Assembly (NCBI GenBank): GCA_036172245.1 | Contig: JAYWIR010000025.1 | Coordinates: 868,001 to 932,000 of the forward strand | Length of the DNA: 64,000 bases | Reading direction: 5' to 3' | From: Raillietiella orientalis | Lineage: Eukaryota | In this document: in pieces, positions 13,401-26,580 of the stretch | Layout: every line of letters starts with the position of its first letter | Position numbering within the stretch: position 1 is the stretch's first letter | The notes under the pieces: generated by a model | The model's database searches: none | What the model was told of the DNA's origin: nothing | What the model saw: the letters and a program-made list of their open reading frames with translations, nothing else | Translations under genes and position numbers: made by a program

Positions 13401-14959
13401 GGAGTTCAGAGTCGGAAGCACCGCAAAAGATGCCCAGTTTATGGATATGAATTTAACTTATGCTACTTAGTTACATCTTGATCCCATTAGGTCATCTTCA
13501 TCTCCGAAATATCAATGCGTTTTGTGAGAATGTAAGCAGATTTTCATTTCATTGCGTGACAGAGTAGCGTATTGAATTTCTGAGAAGTCTATCCCGCGCA
13601 ATGCATCTCTTTGTCCAGCATCACTATGGAATGCTGGCGTTTTAAGACTGCAGAATTTATCAAAGAGTGAGACTGCTGAGTTTGTGGTTTCTGCTCGATC
13701 TGCCTTCTGAACAAGCTTTTAAAATCCAAGGATCTCGTACGTCCATAAGTTTTTGAACTTGCAGACAATTTCCATTTTGAACTAGGATCAGAAAGGGAGG
13801 TGTAGTTGCCATCAAGCTGCATGGTGGAGTTCAGTTTCCAATGCACAAAAATGCTGGTCTCGTTATACAGGTAACTGAGTCCCTGAATCAATGCCTTCAT
13901 CGATCAGTAGATATACCCTTTTCCCTCTCCAAAGCGAAATCATGCATGTAGACTGAAGAAGTTTTGTAAGAGCTTCAACTCCTGACCGACTACAGAATTC
14001 TGTGAACATGTGAGCCATGTGCTGCATGTTCACAAGAAAGATGCCAAACAACCGAAACAGAATCTGTAATCTAATGTTTGGAAAGAGGGAAAATTTTCAT
14101 GCGGAAACTGAAGACCTTCAAACTCAAAGTTATTGTCTGAGGTTCAAAAAGAGGTGGCCATTTAGGATGGGGAAGATGGAAGAGTAGTGCACAAAGTCAA
14201 GAGAACATTTGTAGTGGATCAGTTAACCAAGCGTTCTCAGCCTCACATTCCATCTCGATTAGCAAACGAAACTGCTAGCACAAGTAGAAGACGTGGTTTA
14301 GTTTTCACTTGCGTGGAATTGCTTTTCCTCTGGCTGTGAAGGTCGTTTTAACGCTCATTCACGGAGAGCAATCCTCTACAACTGAATTCCGCCTTTCATC
14401 CTAGGTTGTGCACTATGTGGTCACAGAAGTCATGTAGCGTTCTTGGTCATGATAGTTACGAATTCCTGAATAAGTTACAAAAGGAATTTCGTTTACTTCA
14501 TCTATTATTCTTCACAAATTCTATCGGGAGAAACTTTTTCAATGTAAGTTGTTTCCTGATCTCGACTCTAAAAACAATACTAAAAAAACTTTTTGCAGAC
14601 CAATACTAAAATAGCAACTATGGATAAGAAGGGCTAACCCCAAAAGATAAGTTCTGGAAGAGCGTTGCCTACTTAGAAAAAAAAATCCATACAAAAAGCT
14701 GCACTTGTTAGTAACCTCCTGATTCTGAGTGCATCAATCGAAAATTTGATATTACATCCATCAGCTGTGATGCCTGAATATGAGATTGCAAATAAGGAGC
14801 CAATATGGAGAATTTAAGGAGACACGCTGAGCCATACTACTTTTTGGTTGGGAACTCTACCATCCAGATCCTCTGCAAATGCCCATTTGTTTACCATAAC
14901 CATAAGGGGAAGATTCGGTCAAATCAACTGATTGCCTTGAATAGTGCGATGATCCATTC

Positions 14960-17000
14960 ATTTCGTGAGTGAAACCAAAAAAAAAAAACCTAGAAAAATA
15001 TGGGCAACATATGAAACGCTGTACATTTTGGTGAATGCGCAGGGTCCCCTTTGTTTAATTTCTAATTTTCTTAGAAAACAAAAAAGCATCTGTAGAACCT
15101 CTTCCTACATTCAGTGTAATGTTTCAGAATTAAGCCTATGGAAAGAGTGTAAAAAAAGAGGTACGCAACGCTTCTACACGGGACAGTTTCTGAGAAAAAT
15201 TTCATTGATGAAAATAATGCTTCGGTGGACTCTGAAGCTTTTTTTTTAAAAAGTAAATGTAAGTTTTCACAGAACAGCCGATCTCTGACTTTGAATAGCC
15301 ATTTTAAAAGTGAAATAGTATTTTGATAGCAGTTGAAAAGATTACTGATAGCTGTAAAGAAAAAACGGGATTGCGGGATGACGGTTGCACAAAAAAAAAG
15401 TAACAAACAAAAAGAAGGAAGGAAAGCAGAAGTCCTTGAAGATTTTAATTGAAAGTGGAATGATTCTGGTAGGTCACTGAGTTCAGTGACTGTCACTGTG
15501 ATTCAGAGGGCCATGACAGAGTTAAGGTTCAGAAGATCATGAATGAACACGTCCAGACTGCAATAGACAAAGAAAAATGGATCATGGAGAAGAAGAGTTC
15601 TTACTTTCAAGAGCCAAATTTTCCTCAGCTACTGTTAATGCCCAAGGCGGAGATTTGTTTGTAATGTTACATGGCTTCTCAACAGACTTAGCGACATAGT
15701 GACTCCAGAGGAAATTTTTACTTGTGTGAATTTTGATCAAGTATTTCATCATTGACTAAAGATACATGAGTGTACCAGAATTTTTACGCTCTTTTGAAAG
15801 CATTTTCCAACTATTCTTTGATTCTACTGCTTTTCATCTAAAGTTACAATTATAAGTCACCTGTGGTTTTAGGAGATTCCGATGATCCATGATCTACAAA
15901 AAAAAAGAGGCAAATTGCAAAATCCAAAGCGCTTAATTAGAACAGAGCTTAAAGCTTTCACAATTTTCAGTTAAGACAAGTCAAATACCATGGTTCCCAT
16001 CTACAAGGAAGTTTCAAGTCATACTTGTTGAATTCTCGATGGGCATCTTTGCGATTTATAGATAATCTTTATTTCGATTTGGATTGACCTTAGAGGTTTA
16101 TGAAAATCAAACGCATCCGAAATTATCACGAATCTAGGAGATAGGTATTATTCTTTCAGCTACAGCGATATCGTCCTACAACCACGAAGAGAAAATAGGT
16201 AGGAATGGAATGGGAGCGAGGAGAGGTAAACGACGCAAAGCAGAATAACAAATTTCAGCAAGACAGGATGGATGCAAACACACCAACAAGAAATAAGGAA
16301 AATGGTTAGTAACTGAAAGTGAATATCAAGTATCATATGGAAGTCTAAAGGGATGTAATAAACATGACGAGGGAAGCCCAAGAAACGCGACAATTTCTGA
16401 AGAATTTACAAGTTTGATGAAATAGTTAAGCAACGTTGAGTTGGACAGTGCCCATCGGCCAACTTAGTATACAGAAGATGCTATAAAGATTTCATCGTGA
16501 TTCGAATTCACAAAATCTTATCTCGGGTCGACTTTAGTTTTGTAGCATGATGGAGGGCAGCTGCAGTTTTTTTCTCATTATGGATGAACATTTGTAACTG
16601 CTTTGGGACGAATCAGTTCTTCCAAAAAAAACAGAAAACGAATTGTTCATTTTTATGAGAAAAGTTAGTGGATTATATTAAATTATCTTTGTATCAAATA
16701 ATTTCTGTTTAGCAAGTTTGCAGGACGAACTTTCCAACAGTTCGACTTTAGCAAGTTGCTGTTACTAGAGAAAGTGCAATGAGAAATTGTATTGAGTATG
16801 GTTTAAATTAAAGAATGAAAACTTGGACAACATTTCTTCAACGGCTATGATTCCAGTCTGAGTGGCACACTTTTAGGATGAAATTCAGTTTTTCATTATC
16901 AGTCTACCAGATTACGATGACAGACTTAGCAGGCTCGCTGCCACCACAAATTGAAAATGCCATGACTACATTTCTAACCATGCAGTTTTTAAACGATTTT
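14960..17000 (+). mobile_element. Possible decayed hAT (SPIN/GTF2IRD2-like) transposase
   Basis: WATYETLYILVNAQGPLCLI resembles the N-terminal W..Y.F....P.CLIC motif; STDLAT near 15680 resembles DESTD; many stops. Confidence 0.3.
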
Positions 17001-17946
17001 CTTTGAACACCAAGGCATTTCATTCATGTAGATCACATTTATACGACTGTTCAGGATTCTTGGTGACTCAAAGTAGGCAGCACCTTTCGCAGTTGAAAAA
17101 TTCAAGACCCTCTTAGTGATCTTCCCATGAAGGGAAAAAGTTTTCCGTCTTCGTCCGTTGATGACTTAATTTAATTTTCTCGATTTTAACGGGAGAGGCA
17201 AGCATGTAATCCATTCTCTGGACTAACGTACGTCCATGAGGGGGTTGAAAAGAAAAGAAAAGAAAAAACAAAGTGAACAGATAAACAAAGAGACTGTATG
17301 GAAAGTGGGCAGTTTCCTTCTCCGAAACCTAGCCCTGACTCTGGATTTCCATCCTCATCAGCAGATTTAATCCAAACTTTCTGAACTCACAGCTGTTTTT
17401 TGACATCTAGTAACGTGCCTTCCTCACGATTCAGCACAAAATTTTTTTTCCCGAACACGTGCAAACGGTCGTTCAATGACCGGAATGAAGGGAAACAAGA
17501 GTGTCGAAAATTTACAGAAATAATCTGGGCATATAAGACGGCGAATTTACGTGTTTACAGTATCCATGTATCTTCCCTTCCGGTCATCACTGAATTTTTT
17601 CTGCTGAATCCTAGAAAAATCCATGCGCCCCGACCTCCTCCTACAGCTGTTTGGTAAGCAAGCGGCTGAAGGCTGCAAGTCTGCTGTTGTCACTATCATT
17701 TAAAGAAATCTGTATGCAGGCGGAAGCATGAATACCCGGTAGATTTCGAAGTAGCTGATTTTTAGTGGAAACGGCAAATCAAAGTCAGTTGCCCTTGCCA
17801 AATTTTATTGTTCAATCCTGGATACCGGATGTTGAGAGTGCGTGTGCGAAGGTGGGAATGCAGGGATGCACACACTGTCCTGGTGAACGTCAGATGACTG
17901 TGATGACATGAGTGAGAAGAAAAGGAACTTTGCAACCCATACATCA

Positions 17947-20900
17947 ATGATTACCCCACTGAACCTGGAACAGTTTCGATACAATCCCAAGCACGCGAAA
18001 TCTGCCACCTCATTAAGTATCCCCTTGGAAACAGAGAGCACAAAGATGAAAACCAAGGTGTGCACGGTTTCCAAACGTTTGCCAAATCTGTTAAGGATTG
18101 TCGAAAGATAATCGTGAATAGCCAGTTTGCTGTCTGTTGACGATGTATTTAGGATGCACCGAGCATACACTTATGGTTTCTAGCAATCATGTGTTGTGAA
18201 CATATACCTGTTTCAGTAAAACACATCAGTCCATCATGTAGTTGACCCATTGCTGTTTGAGAGTAACAGTCTTCCATTTATTGATTACAATCAATGGACT
18301 GTTTAATTTTTTTTTCTCTTCCTATTATGATCAATCACAATTTGTGGCAGCAACAATTTAAAACTCATACATGCACAAGCCTTACAAATCTTATTTTCTA
18401 GAATACTGAGTTGGAAAATAACTTCCCATTTACTGAAACTTCTAAAAGTGTGGAGTTCATGGAGGATATCGATAAATCTTTAAAATACCTGGAAGGCATG
18501 TTCCCAAACTCGGATGTAATGGTAAGTATTTTCAGTTTTCCTGGGTTGTGGTAATTCTAATTTTTTTCTTCCTATTCTTACTAACAAAAATTGACTACTG
18601 ATGGTCAATATGTGACCATATTAAGTAAATGATATTACAGGAGCTGCAAGACTATTTGAAAGAAAATAACTGGAATTTGGATCACACAATTGAGGAAATA
18701 AGAAAGTCTAAAAAAGAATTTGGAATGACAGTTGAAAATGATTGTGTGGAGGCACAACCAGCTTCCTTCTTGATTGAATCAGAAAATGGTAGCTATGTGA
18801 CAGTTCATCATTAGTTCAGCCCTAACCATTTCTTGGTAGTAGTAAATTGTGATGAAGAATCTGATTCAGAATTACAAGAATTTCCAGATTTGAAGAAAGT
18901 AGAACTTTTGAATCTCTTTTCAACAGCAAGTCCTGAAGAATTAGCTTGTATGCCTCAACTTGGAAGAAAGAAGGCAGATCTCATAGTAGATCTCCGTCCC
19001 TTCAAGGACTGGACTGATTTAGTTAATGGTTATTGCTGTGGGGTTGAAATTTATGATTTTTTGTGTAGACATCAAAACTGTGTACTTGTAAAGGGTTGAG
19101 TCTTGACATTCTTCATTCAGCAGAACAGTTGTTGTTAATGCGTAAAGAAATGAAGCAGCTGTTAGATAAATGCAGTGCCATAACATCTTGTATGGAAAGC
19201 AGTATTGTATCTTTGAAAGAAGAAAAAGAAAACTGGAAGGTGCAAGAACAACCCCAAAATCTGAAGCAAACGTGAGTAGTGCTTTCACATGCTGGAGTTG
19301 TGTAGTCTGCATTTATCATTTTATCAAATGATTGGTCTAAATTGGTTAGTACTTCTGGATCAGCATGGACTCAATGCTGTACTTGCTGATGAAATGGGGC
19401 TAGGGAAAACAGTGCAAGTCATTGCTTTTCTAGCTTACTGTTTGGAACATGAACGTGTTGGACCACATCTTGTTATTGTACCATCCAGTACTCTAGGTAA
19501 CATGAAATTTCATGTTTTCACAAGATTGAAAGTTCATTTAGAAAACTGGCAAAGAGAAATTTCTACCTGGTGTCCTCAGATGAAAGTATTAGTGTACAGT
19601 GGATCTCAGGATGAACGCATGTATTTGAGGCGTGCTGTCAAGTCTGAACATTACCATATCTTGCTTGCTACGTAATAAGAGGTGATTTAGCAGACTGGCA
19701 TCTGGTGTTGGCCGTAGGTACCACACCATTCTGGCTGGTCCTCGGGATCGCAGTTTGTTGCGATCTGTTTCCTTTGATTGTTGCGTGCTGGATGAGGCTC
19801 ACATGTTAAAGAATCCATCCTCTCAGCGTTATAATTACCTAATGTACATTCAGGTGAGTTTGTAATTCACTCTGTAATTCAGTCTATCTTCAAGTCTTTT
19901 GGAAGGCTCAACGAAAAGTGCTGCTGACAGGTACACCATTACAAAATAACTTGACAGAATTGCTTGCACTGCTAGTTTTTGTGATGCCAACCATTTTTGG
20001 AACCAAACAAGAACACATATCCCCCATTTTTGCTGCTCTTCCTGTAAGTATTTGATTTTTCTGTTGTTGGTATGTTTTTCCCCAGAAAAGCACAGGATGT
20101 GCCCGGTCAGCATTTGAAAAACAGCTTATAGATGAGGCAAAGCAAATATTACAACCATTTTGCTTGCGTCGTCTTAAGTCCGATGTACTTCAGGAATTAC
20201 CTACTAAACAAGATTTTTTGCAGTACTGTTTGATGACAACATATCAGCGTCTGGTTTATCAAAATAGTCTTGAGATGTTGACCAACCAAGCAGAGCAAAT
20301 GGCAAGGAGGCTGCCTTGTTTCCATTTCTCACATTTCGGTGTTACTTTTGTTTAGAAATCGGGAACCACAAATAGCTTCTCTTTATTAATGGCACTTCGT
20401 AAGGCTGCAAATCATCCACTTCTATTGCGGCATCACTATTCAGACAAATTTTTAGAAACACTAGCTCGTCAGCTTTCTAGGCACCCCAAGTATCCAGAAA
20501 AAGATGCAGCACATGTATTGGAAGACCTATTCCTCTTATCGGATTTCGAAATTCATAGACTGCTGGAATCTTATGAGGTGCATATATGAGTATTTGATAA
20601 ACTTCAAACTGCTTATAGTTTTATGATGAAACCTTACCGTCTGATTCAATTGCTGATTCTGGAAAACTGGCCTTTCTTTCCCAACTTATGACAACATTGC
20701 ACTGTAGAGGAGATAGAGTCCTCATCTTCAGTCAGTTTCTTACCATGTTAGATATATTGGAAGTTTTTCTTGAGTCTCGAGGATGGAAATGGGTACGGCT
20801 AGATGGGAATACTCCAGTAGCTGACAGGTTTCTATTAGAGATTACGTGCCTCTTATTTGTATGCAGGCAACAGTTAATTGATTCTTTCAACAAAGAGTCT

Positions 20901-21306
20901 TCCATTTTTGTGTTTTTGTTGTCTACTCGTGCTGGAGGTCTGGGAATCAATCTGACTTCAGCAAATGTAGTCATTCTTCACGATTTAGATTACAATCCTC
21001 ATAATGATAAACAAGCAGAAGATCGTTGTCATCGTGTCGGACAACAAAGGTATCATAATATTACTACGTTCATGTTTTAATCAGTTTGCTTTAGAGAAGT
21101 AAGTGTATATCGTTTACTTAGTATAGATACTGTGGAAGAAAATATATACCAAGTAGCACAAGAAAAACTTCGTTTGGAGCAGGATGTCACCCATGTAGAA
21201 GGTAATTACAGGAACATCTCACAGTATGTGTTCTGCTGCAGAAAATGTTGAAGGTGATTCATCAGTTGCGTCATTGCTCCAGTTCGTTTTGAAGCAACAG
21301 CTATAG
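17947..21306 (+). CDS. SMARCAD1: SMARCAD1/Fun30/Etl1-type SNF2 chromatin-remodelling ATPase, multi-exon
   Basis: Spliced translation gives N-terminal LNLEQFRY (cf. vertebrate NLDRFRF), CUE-like [25 protein letters not shown], Walker [70 protein letters not shown] and [11 protein letters not shown]; stop TAG at 21304-21306. Introns mostly 34-54 bp. Start could be the upstream in-frame ATG at 17908. Confidence 0.93.
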
Positions 21307-21406
21307 GCTCAGCATATTTAAATATTTTAAAAAGTTCAGATACTTAGGATGCAGAGAGATGCATGGACGCTCCTCCCCCTTTCCAGCATGATTTCATCAT
21401 CTTTGG

Positions 21407-21412
21407 AATAAA
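21407..21412 (+). promoter_or_regulatory. Probable polyadenylation signal of SMARCAD1
   Basis: AATAAA about 100 bp after the stop, followed by a T-rich stretch. Confidence 0.5.
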
Positions 21413-21592
21413 ATGACAAGAAAGTCGATGCCAAACTTTCTTTTCATCTTATAGACGGATAAAGGTCTCAATTTAAAAGGAATGCTGGGAGCGCATTTCG
21501 ACCTTCGTGGGTTTTAGAGGGAGCGACGCTTTACTTACACGTAAAAAAGCGTTGATGTGTGTGTGTTCTAGGTGCTCTGAACAGATGGGGAA

Positions 21593-23000
21593 ATGGGTCT
21601 CTCCCTAGTTCAGTTGTTACAAATATTGTTTCCTTGGTGCTGGTGTGGTGTGGTGTTTTCGGCACCTTTGTTAGTGGTTTTTCACATTAGCACGGTGTTA
21701 CAAATATTTGTTAGCAGCATTGTAATTGTAGCTTTATTCTTCATTTACCGGTGTTACAGTGAGGTCAGTTACGATCCTGTTCCTGATTAGCACAAAATTC
21801 CCCTCGCTTTTGACAGTTCGATGTGGCTGGAAAGGCCGTCCTCGTGACAGGTTGTGATTCGGGATTTGGACATGAAACTGCTCGACGTCTGCATGATGAG
21901 GTGCAGTATATGGGATAGCAGTTGGTTGACCTATCGAAAGGGGATGACCGTGTTCGCAGGTTGCCTGGAAGCTCATAATGTCGATAGTGGTGCCTCTGTC
22001 TTGAGGAAGATGAATTCTCCCAGAATGATTGTGATGCAGCTCGATATCACCTCGGACGCTGAAGTTGAGGAATCGGTTGAGTTTCTGAGGAATCATTTAG
22101 AAACACAAAAACAAGGTTAGTTTGCATTTAGAACAAACAGAGGTCATTTGGTTTTTCCCAGAATTGTGGGCTGTCATAAATAACGCAGGGATTTTCGAGT
22201 GCGGTGACGTTGAAGTGATGAGACTAGAGAGGTTTCAAAGAGTGTTGGATGTGAACGTGTTGGGTATGGTGAGGATAACTCGTGCTGTGTTGCCTCTGTT
22301 TCATTACAGCAAAGGTATCCATAACAAAAACTGCATTCTCAGGCTATTGCGTGCCTATCTGTAGGTCGTCTTATTAATGTAGCCAGTTTCCTCGGTCGAC
22401 TCAATGTGCCATATTCTGCTGCCTATTGCATGAGCAAACATGCTGTCGAAAGTTTCTCTGATTGCCTGCGTCAAGAGCTCACTCGCTTCGGCGTGAAAGT
22501 GATCGTTATCGAACCAGGAAATTTTGCTAAAGGTAAAAGAGTGTTCAGCAATGTAAAGTTTTCGTATCTCCAAAAAGCAACCCAGTGTTACACACCTGAA
22601 AAACAAAGAGAGGCTCTCCAGAAGGACTGGTCAGCTTTAAGCAACGACACCAAAAAGTTTTACCCATCCGGTTACGAGAATCGGATCACGAATTTTATTT
22701 CGCGCTTGGGATCATTTGGATATGTGAGTCTTTTTGACGATTTTCGACTGCTCCGATTGCAAACGATTTGATCTTAGACATCCAATGTGCGTCCTGTTGT
22801 CGAAACTATGGTTCATGCCGTAAAGGCGAAGTATCCAAGGCCCAGGTATCCGGTGTGGGGGCTTTTGGATCTCTTCTTAGTCGTCGTCCATAATTTTTTC
22901 CCGGAATTTTTCGTGGATTCTATTAGCTCGGTTTCTCTTTTCTGTTTGCAGTAATTGCTGTAAGGTTTTCTTGGTGCCGAGAGTGCAATCCGTGCATTAA
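21593..23000 (+). CDS. Membrane-anchored short-chain dehydrogenase/reductase of the SDR9C (BDH1/RDH/17-beta-HSD6-like) group, multi-exon
   Basis: Hydrophobic N-terminus, then KAVLVTGCDSGFG, GMTVFAGCL, LDIT, LWAVINNAG, DVNVLG, catalytic YCMSK and IEPGNF. Last exon uncertain: stop at 22954 if the 34-bp final intron is not removed, otherwise 23000. Confidence 0.88.
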
Positions 23001-24479
23001 AGACTGTGGACAAGTTGGGCACGGAAATCCCACGTGCAGAAGGAATTTTAATTTCAAAGTGAAAATAAACCGAAATGATGTGAATGAGAACCTGCTCACA
23101 CATAATTTAAAAATCGCACCTGAAATTGTACCTTCTGATCATACAGTGTTTTTTTTTTTTGTGTGTGTGTAACTGAGGGACCACGCATTTTCGTTCATTA
23201 ATCAGCGGCCATTCTTATTTGTACGAAACCTTGTAAGAAAAGTTAAAATATACAGTTTTTTGTCTTCTTTTGACATTGTTTCATAATTCTTTTTTTGTCG
23301 GCTCTGAAGCAAGCGAAAGTGAAGTGAAGCTTCTGTCCTCCTCGCAGCACAAGGGGAGTTTCTACGTGTTTGCTCCGACAGTCAGTTACTCACAGTGTTC
23401 TGACAAATTATACATTGGTGCGGATGCAATAATCGCCACAATGCATAATTACAACCTAACAAGATATATGCTGTCATTTCTTTCCTTAGTACAAACTCAG
23501 ATTACGAGTCACACGACCTTCATACGTTGAGGTCAAAAGTTCATCAGAACAGCTTCAATCTGGACAGCTCAGATCGCATCCGCAGATGCAAAAGTGCATC
23601 TGCACGTCTTCATTACACCGAGAAGATCGCGTGCGTTAGATAGGTGAGATCTTTGGAGCTGGAATGCTGCCTTCCTGAGAGCCTCGGTCAGCCCCTTTTC
23701 CTGGGTCCAGTGGGATTCTCCAAGTGGGCGCCCGTGCTCGCTGCACACGCTTGTGGCCGCCTCCGCAGCGAAAGGAAGGAATTCCTTGTTATGATTTTGA
23801 ATATGGACCCGCCCAAATGAAGAAAACTCGAATATCAGAAACCCTAGCTCGAAGGCTCGCACTGATGATGATGGCTATGAGGACTTTTTCCCGTACAAAC
23901 TTTCAGAGTTCAAGCCCGGAACAAGGGCGAGCAGCCTCTCTCTGGTAGCCTCTCTTTTTTGTACGGTCTTGCAGAGTTTTTTGAAATCGTAATTAATCTT
24001 CTTACTGCGAGGTTTGCTGATGCAAATCTACTACCACAATTAACAATTGGTTCGGGCATTTATATAACGTGAAGAAAAGGAAAAAAAAAAAAAAAAGGAA
24101 CATTAAGAGATGCATAGGCATTCGTTGTATAGGAAATTGTGGACATTCAGTTCATTTACTGCAGTAGAACGAAGCTATTGGAGAGAATTCAAAATATGTT
24201 GCCAAAGCGGCTTCTCGTCGCAGGAACTCTGCTTCTTAATGTGTGTGTGTGTGTTTGTTTTTCCTTAATTTAAAAAGACCGTTATTTCCATTTCGTGGAC
24301 TGTGCCCCCCCATTTGACGTGAACTTCCACTTGTTCCCTGGTTTTGCGTACGTGTTTCCATTGCGTACCTCACATGCCGAGTGTTCAATGCATGTGCATA
24401 ATGGTACAAACATACCTTGTCCAAACGAGATGTAGAGGCGCGCGAGAAATCCCTTACGAGGAGAAACGTGCTAGGTTTC

Positions 24480-26580
24480 TGGATGCAGGTGAGGGAGTTG
24501 CTACGAAGTTGCAGATGACGATGTCCGAGAAGCTGGGATTTGCTAGCCTCGAGTTCAAGGTCAGATGCAACCGTTTTTGATCGATCTCAGCAGCACAGCC
24601 TCCAAGGTGGTCGACTGTGAGTCACTGGGGTGCTGTTCACTGAGCCTCGTCGGAGGATGAGTCTGTTCACAGCGAACTTCCCGCTGCACGAGTAACGGTG
24701 GCAAATGAGAAAGAACTCACGCAAAGGATACAGTCTCAAAAATTTGGATTTGGGATGTGCGGATGCCATGGATATGGGAGGGGCACCTGAGGAAAGAGGC
24801 CTTTCCTAAAATGTTCAAGAAGTGATCCACTTGGGCGCACAAATGCGATGATGTTTCGTAGCCGATCACAGAAAGACAACCGCTCGTGATCACAGGCGTT
24901 CCAATAGCCCGCGTCCTCCAAACCGGAACCCAATATGGAATCTGAAGATGGATTGCACTTTTGGATTTGGAACAGCACAACCATGCAGAGCTATTTTTTC
25001 CATAAAGGAGCACACTTCACTGCAGATGCAACTGGCGTGCACGTATTTGTGACAACCGGACTGCTTGAGGACACTTCCGACAGACCCATCCAAGAATCAG
25101 CTGCCAACCAAAGCAGTCAGCATTCTAGGCTGCATGCCTCCATCGCAAATTGGATTCCATGAGGACTACTTTCCAAGGATGATACATTATCAGAGGCTAG
25201 GAATTTTCAAGATGGTTTCCGTCTTTGATTATAACATCAGAAACCACATCAAGAATGGCTGGGATTGCCTAGCCGAGCAGCTAATGCATTTCTATACGCA
25301 GATCAGAATAGAAAGTGCCTCAGTCTTCCCAAACTGACGTATAAAGCTGGCAACTTCCCTACTGGCGACTTTATGTCAGCAGCTTAAAAACTGCTTTAAG
25401 CGGTTGAGATTGCAGGATCCACAAGTGAAAAATTTCGCTAAAGTGAAAAAGTTAGTAGTAAAAAAGAAAATTTTAACATAACTCTTGGAACCGATTTAGC
25501 AAGATTCATACTGGAATCACTTGCCGCAGAATTCGTCCAACCCAGAGGTGAGGAGCTTATGAACGGCAAGAAGTCAAGCCTCTAGCCGACTGAAGGCACT
25601 TGGGTCGGTGGCAGTGGAGAGCCCAGGATATCCATTGGTCATCTGACATTCGACAGGAATGTGAGAAGAAAGTCTACAGCTGGCTTGAGCGCTCTCCAAC
25701 GCAGGGAAGCATGGATTCCACTAATAGAAAAACGTCCAGATCAAGGCAAAGCAGTGTCCTGCGTGGGCCAGAACAGTCTTTCTAGTGACTTCCTCTTTAA
25801 CGGTACGATATGCTGCTCGTGACGATAGATTACTGCTAAGAAAAAAAAAAAAAAAAATAGATTACTGCTTGTCGACTTAAAGTGCAGTGGTTGACTTGCT
25901 AGATACTCTTACCGTTTCATACATGCAGGTTGATCAAAATTATGGCCTATAAAAGCTACTCCCATTGGAAGTGGTGTCTGCCGTATGTGTAGAAGATGAG
26001 TAGTTTGACAGGAGTCTCTAACATGTCCACCACTGCACTTCAAATGGCCAAGCAGTAATTTATCTTCACGATGAGTTAGTCAACAATCTGAAAAGAATGA
26101 TTTCGAATCCCTGGAGCTGTTTACTTTTAATCAACCCTCAGAGCGGATTAGGGCCTCCGATCGGACTTGGTCCTGCAAGGCGACGAAAGAGTAATCATAC
26201 TTGACGTGGTCTGCCCCTTTGAGAGCAATTCCTCTGCCTTAGAAGACTCCAGGAAAAGAAAAAAGAGTGAATGCTGGAAGTTGGCTACACAGTTTTCCAA
26301 TAAAGGAGTGCCTGAATTAGTAAGTGCTACTGCTGTCGAATCCATGGGTGCTTAAGACCCAGAAAATGGCAAGATATTCAAAGTATTGAAAATCAAATAG
26401 AAACAAGCCGAGGATATTAAAGGAAAAGCCAAGGAAATGATTTTTAGCCTCATACAACTCTCGCTGGATATGTATTGCAGCCCAAAGATGTGTTTCCAAT
26501 GTCCGTACACTTGGGAAAATAGATCTGTAACTTCAGCAATGTGGAAAATGTGGATTATTACCCTTTGGAATTCTATGTAC
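24480..26580 (+). mobile_element. Decayed RLE-type non-LTR retrotransposon (R2 superfamily, NeSL/Utopia-like), 3' half
   Basis: CRMC...ESL..H..C...LHDELV (CCHC + RHN-like), then GLRSDLVLQGDERVIILDVVCPFESNSSALEDSRKRK...AVESMGA*DPEN (PD..D/ExK restriction-like endonuclease) and SRWIY; ADD remnant near 24510. Confidence 0.75.

Noticed and set aside
17805..18170. 121-aa minus-strand ORF
   Set aside because: Antisense shadow of SMARCAD1 exon 1.
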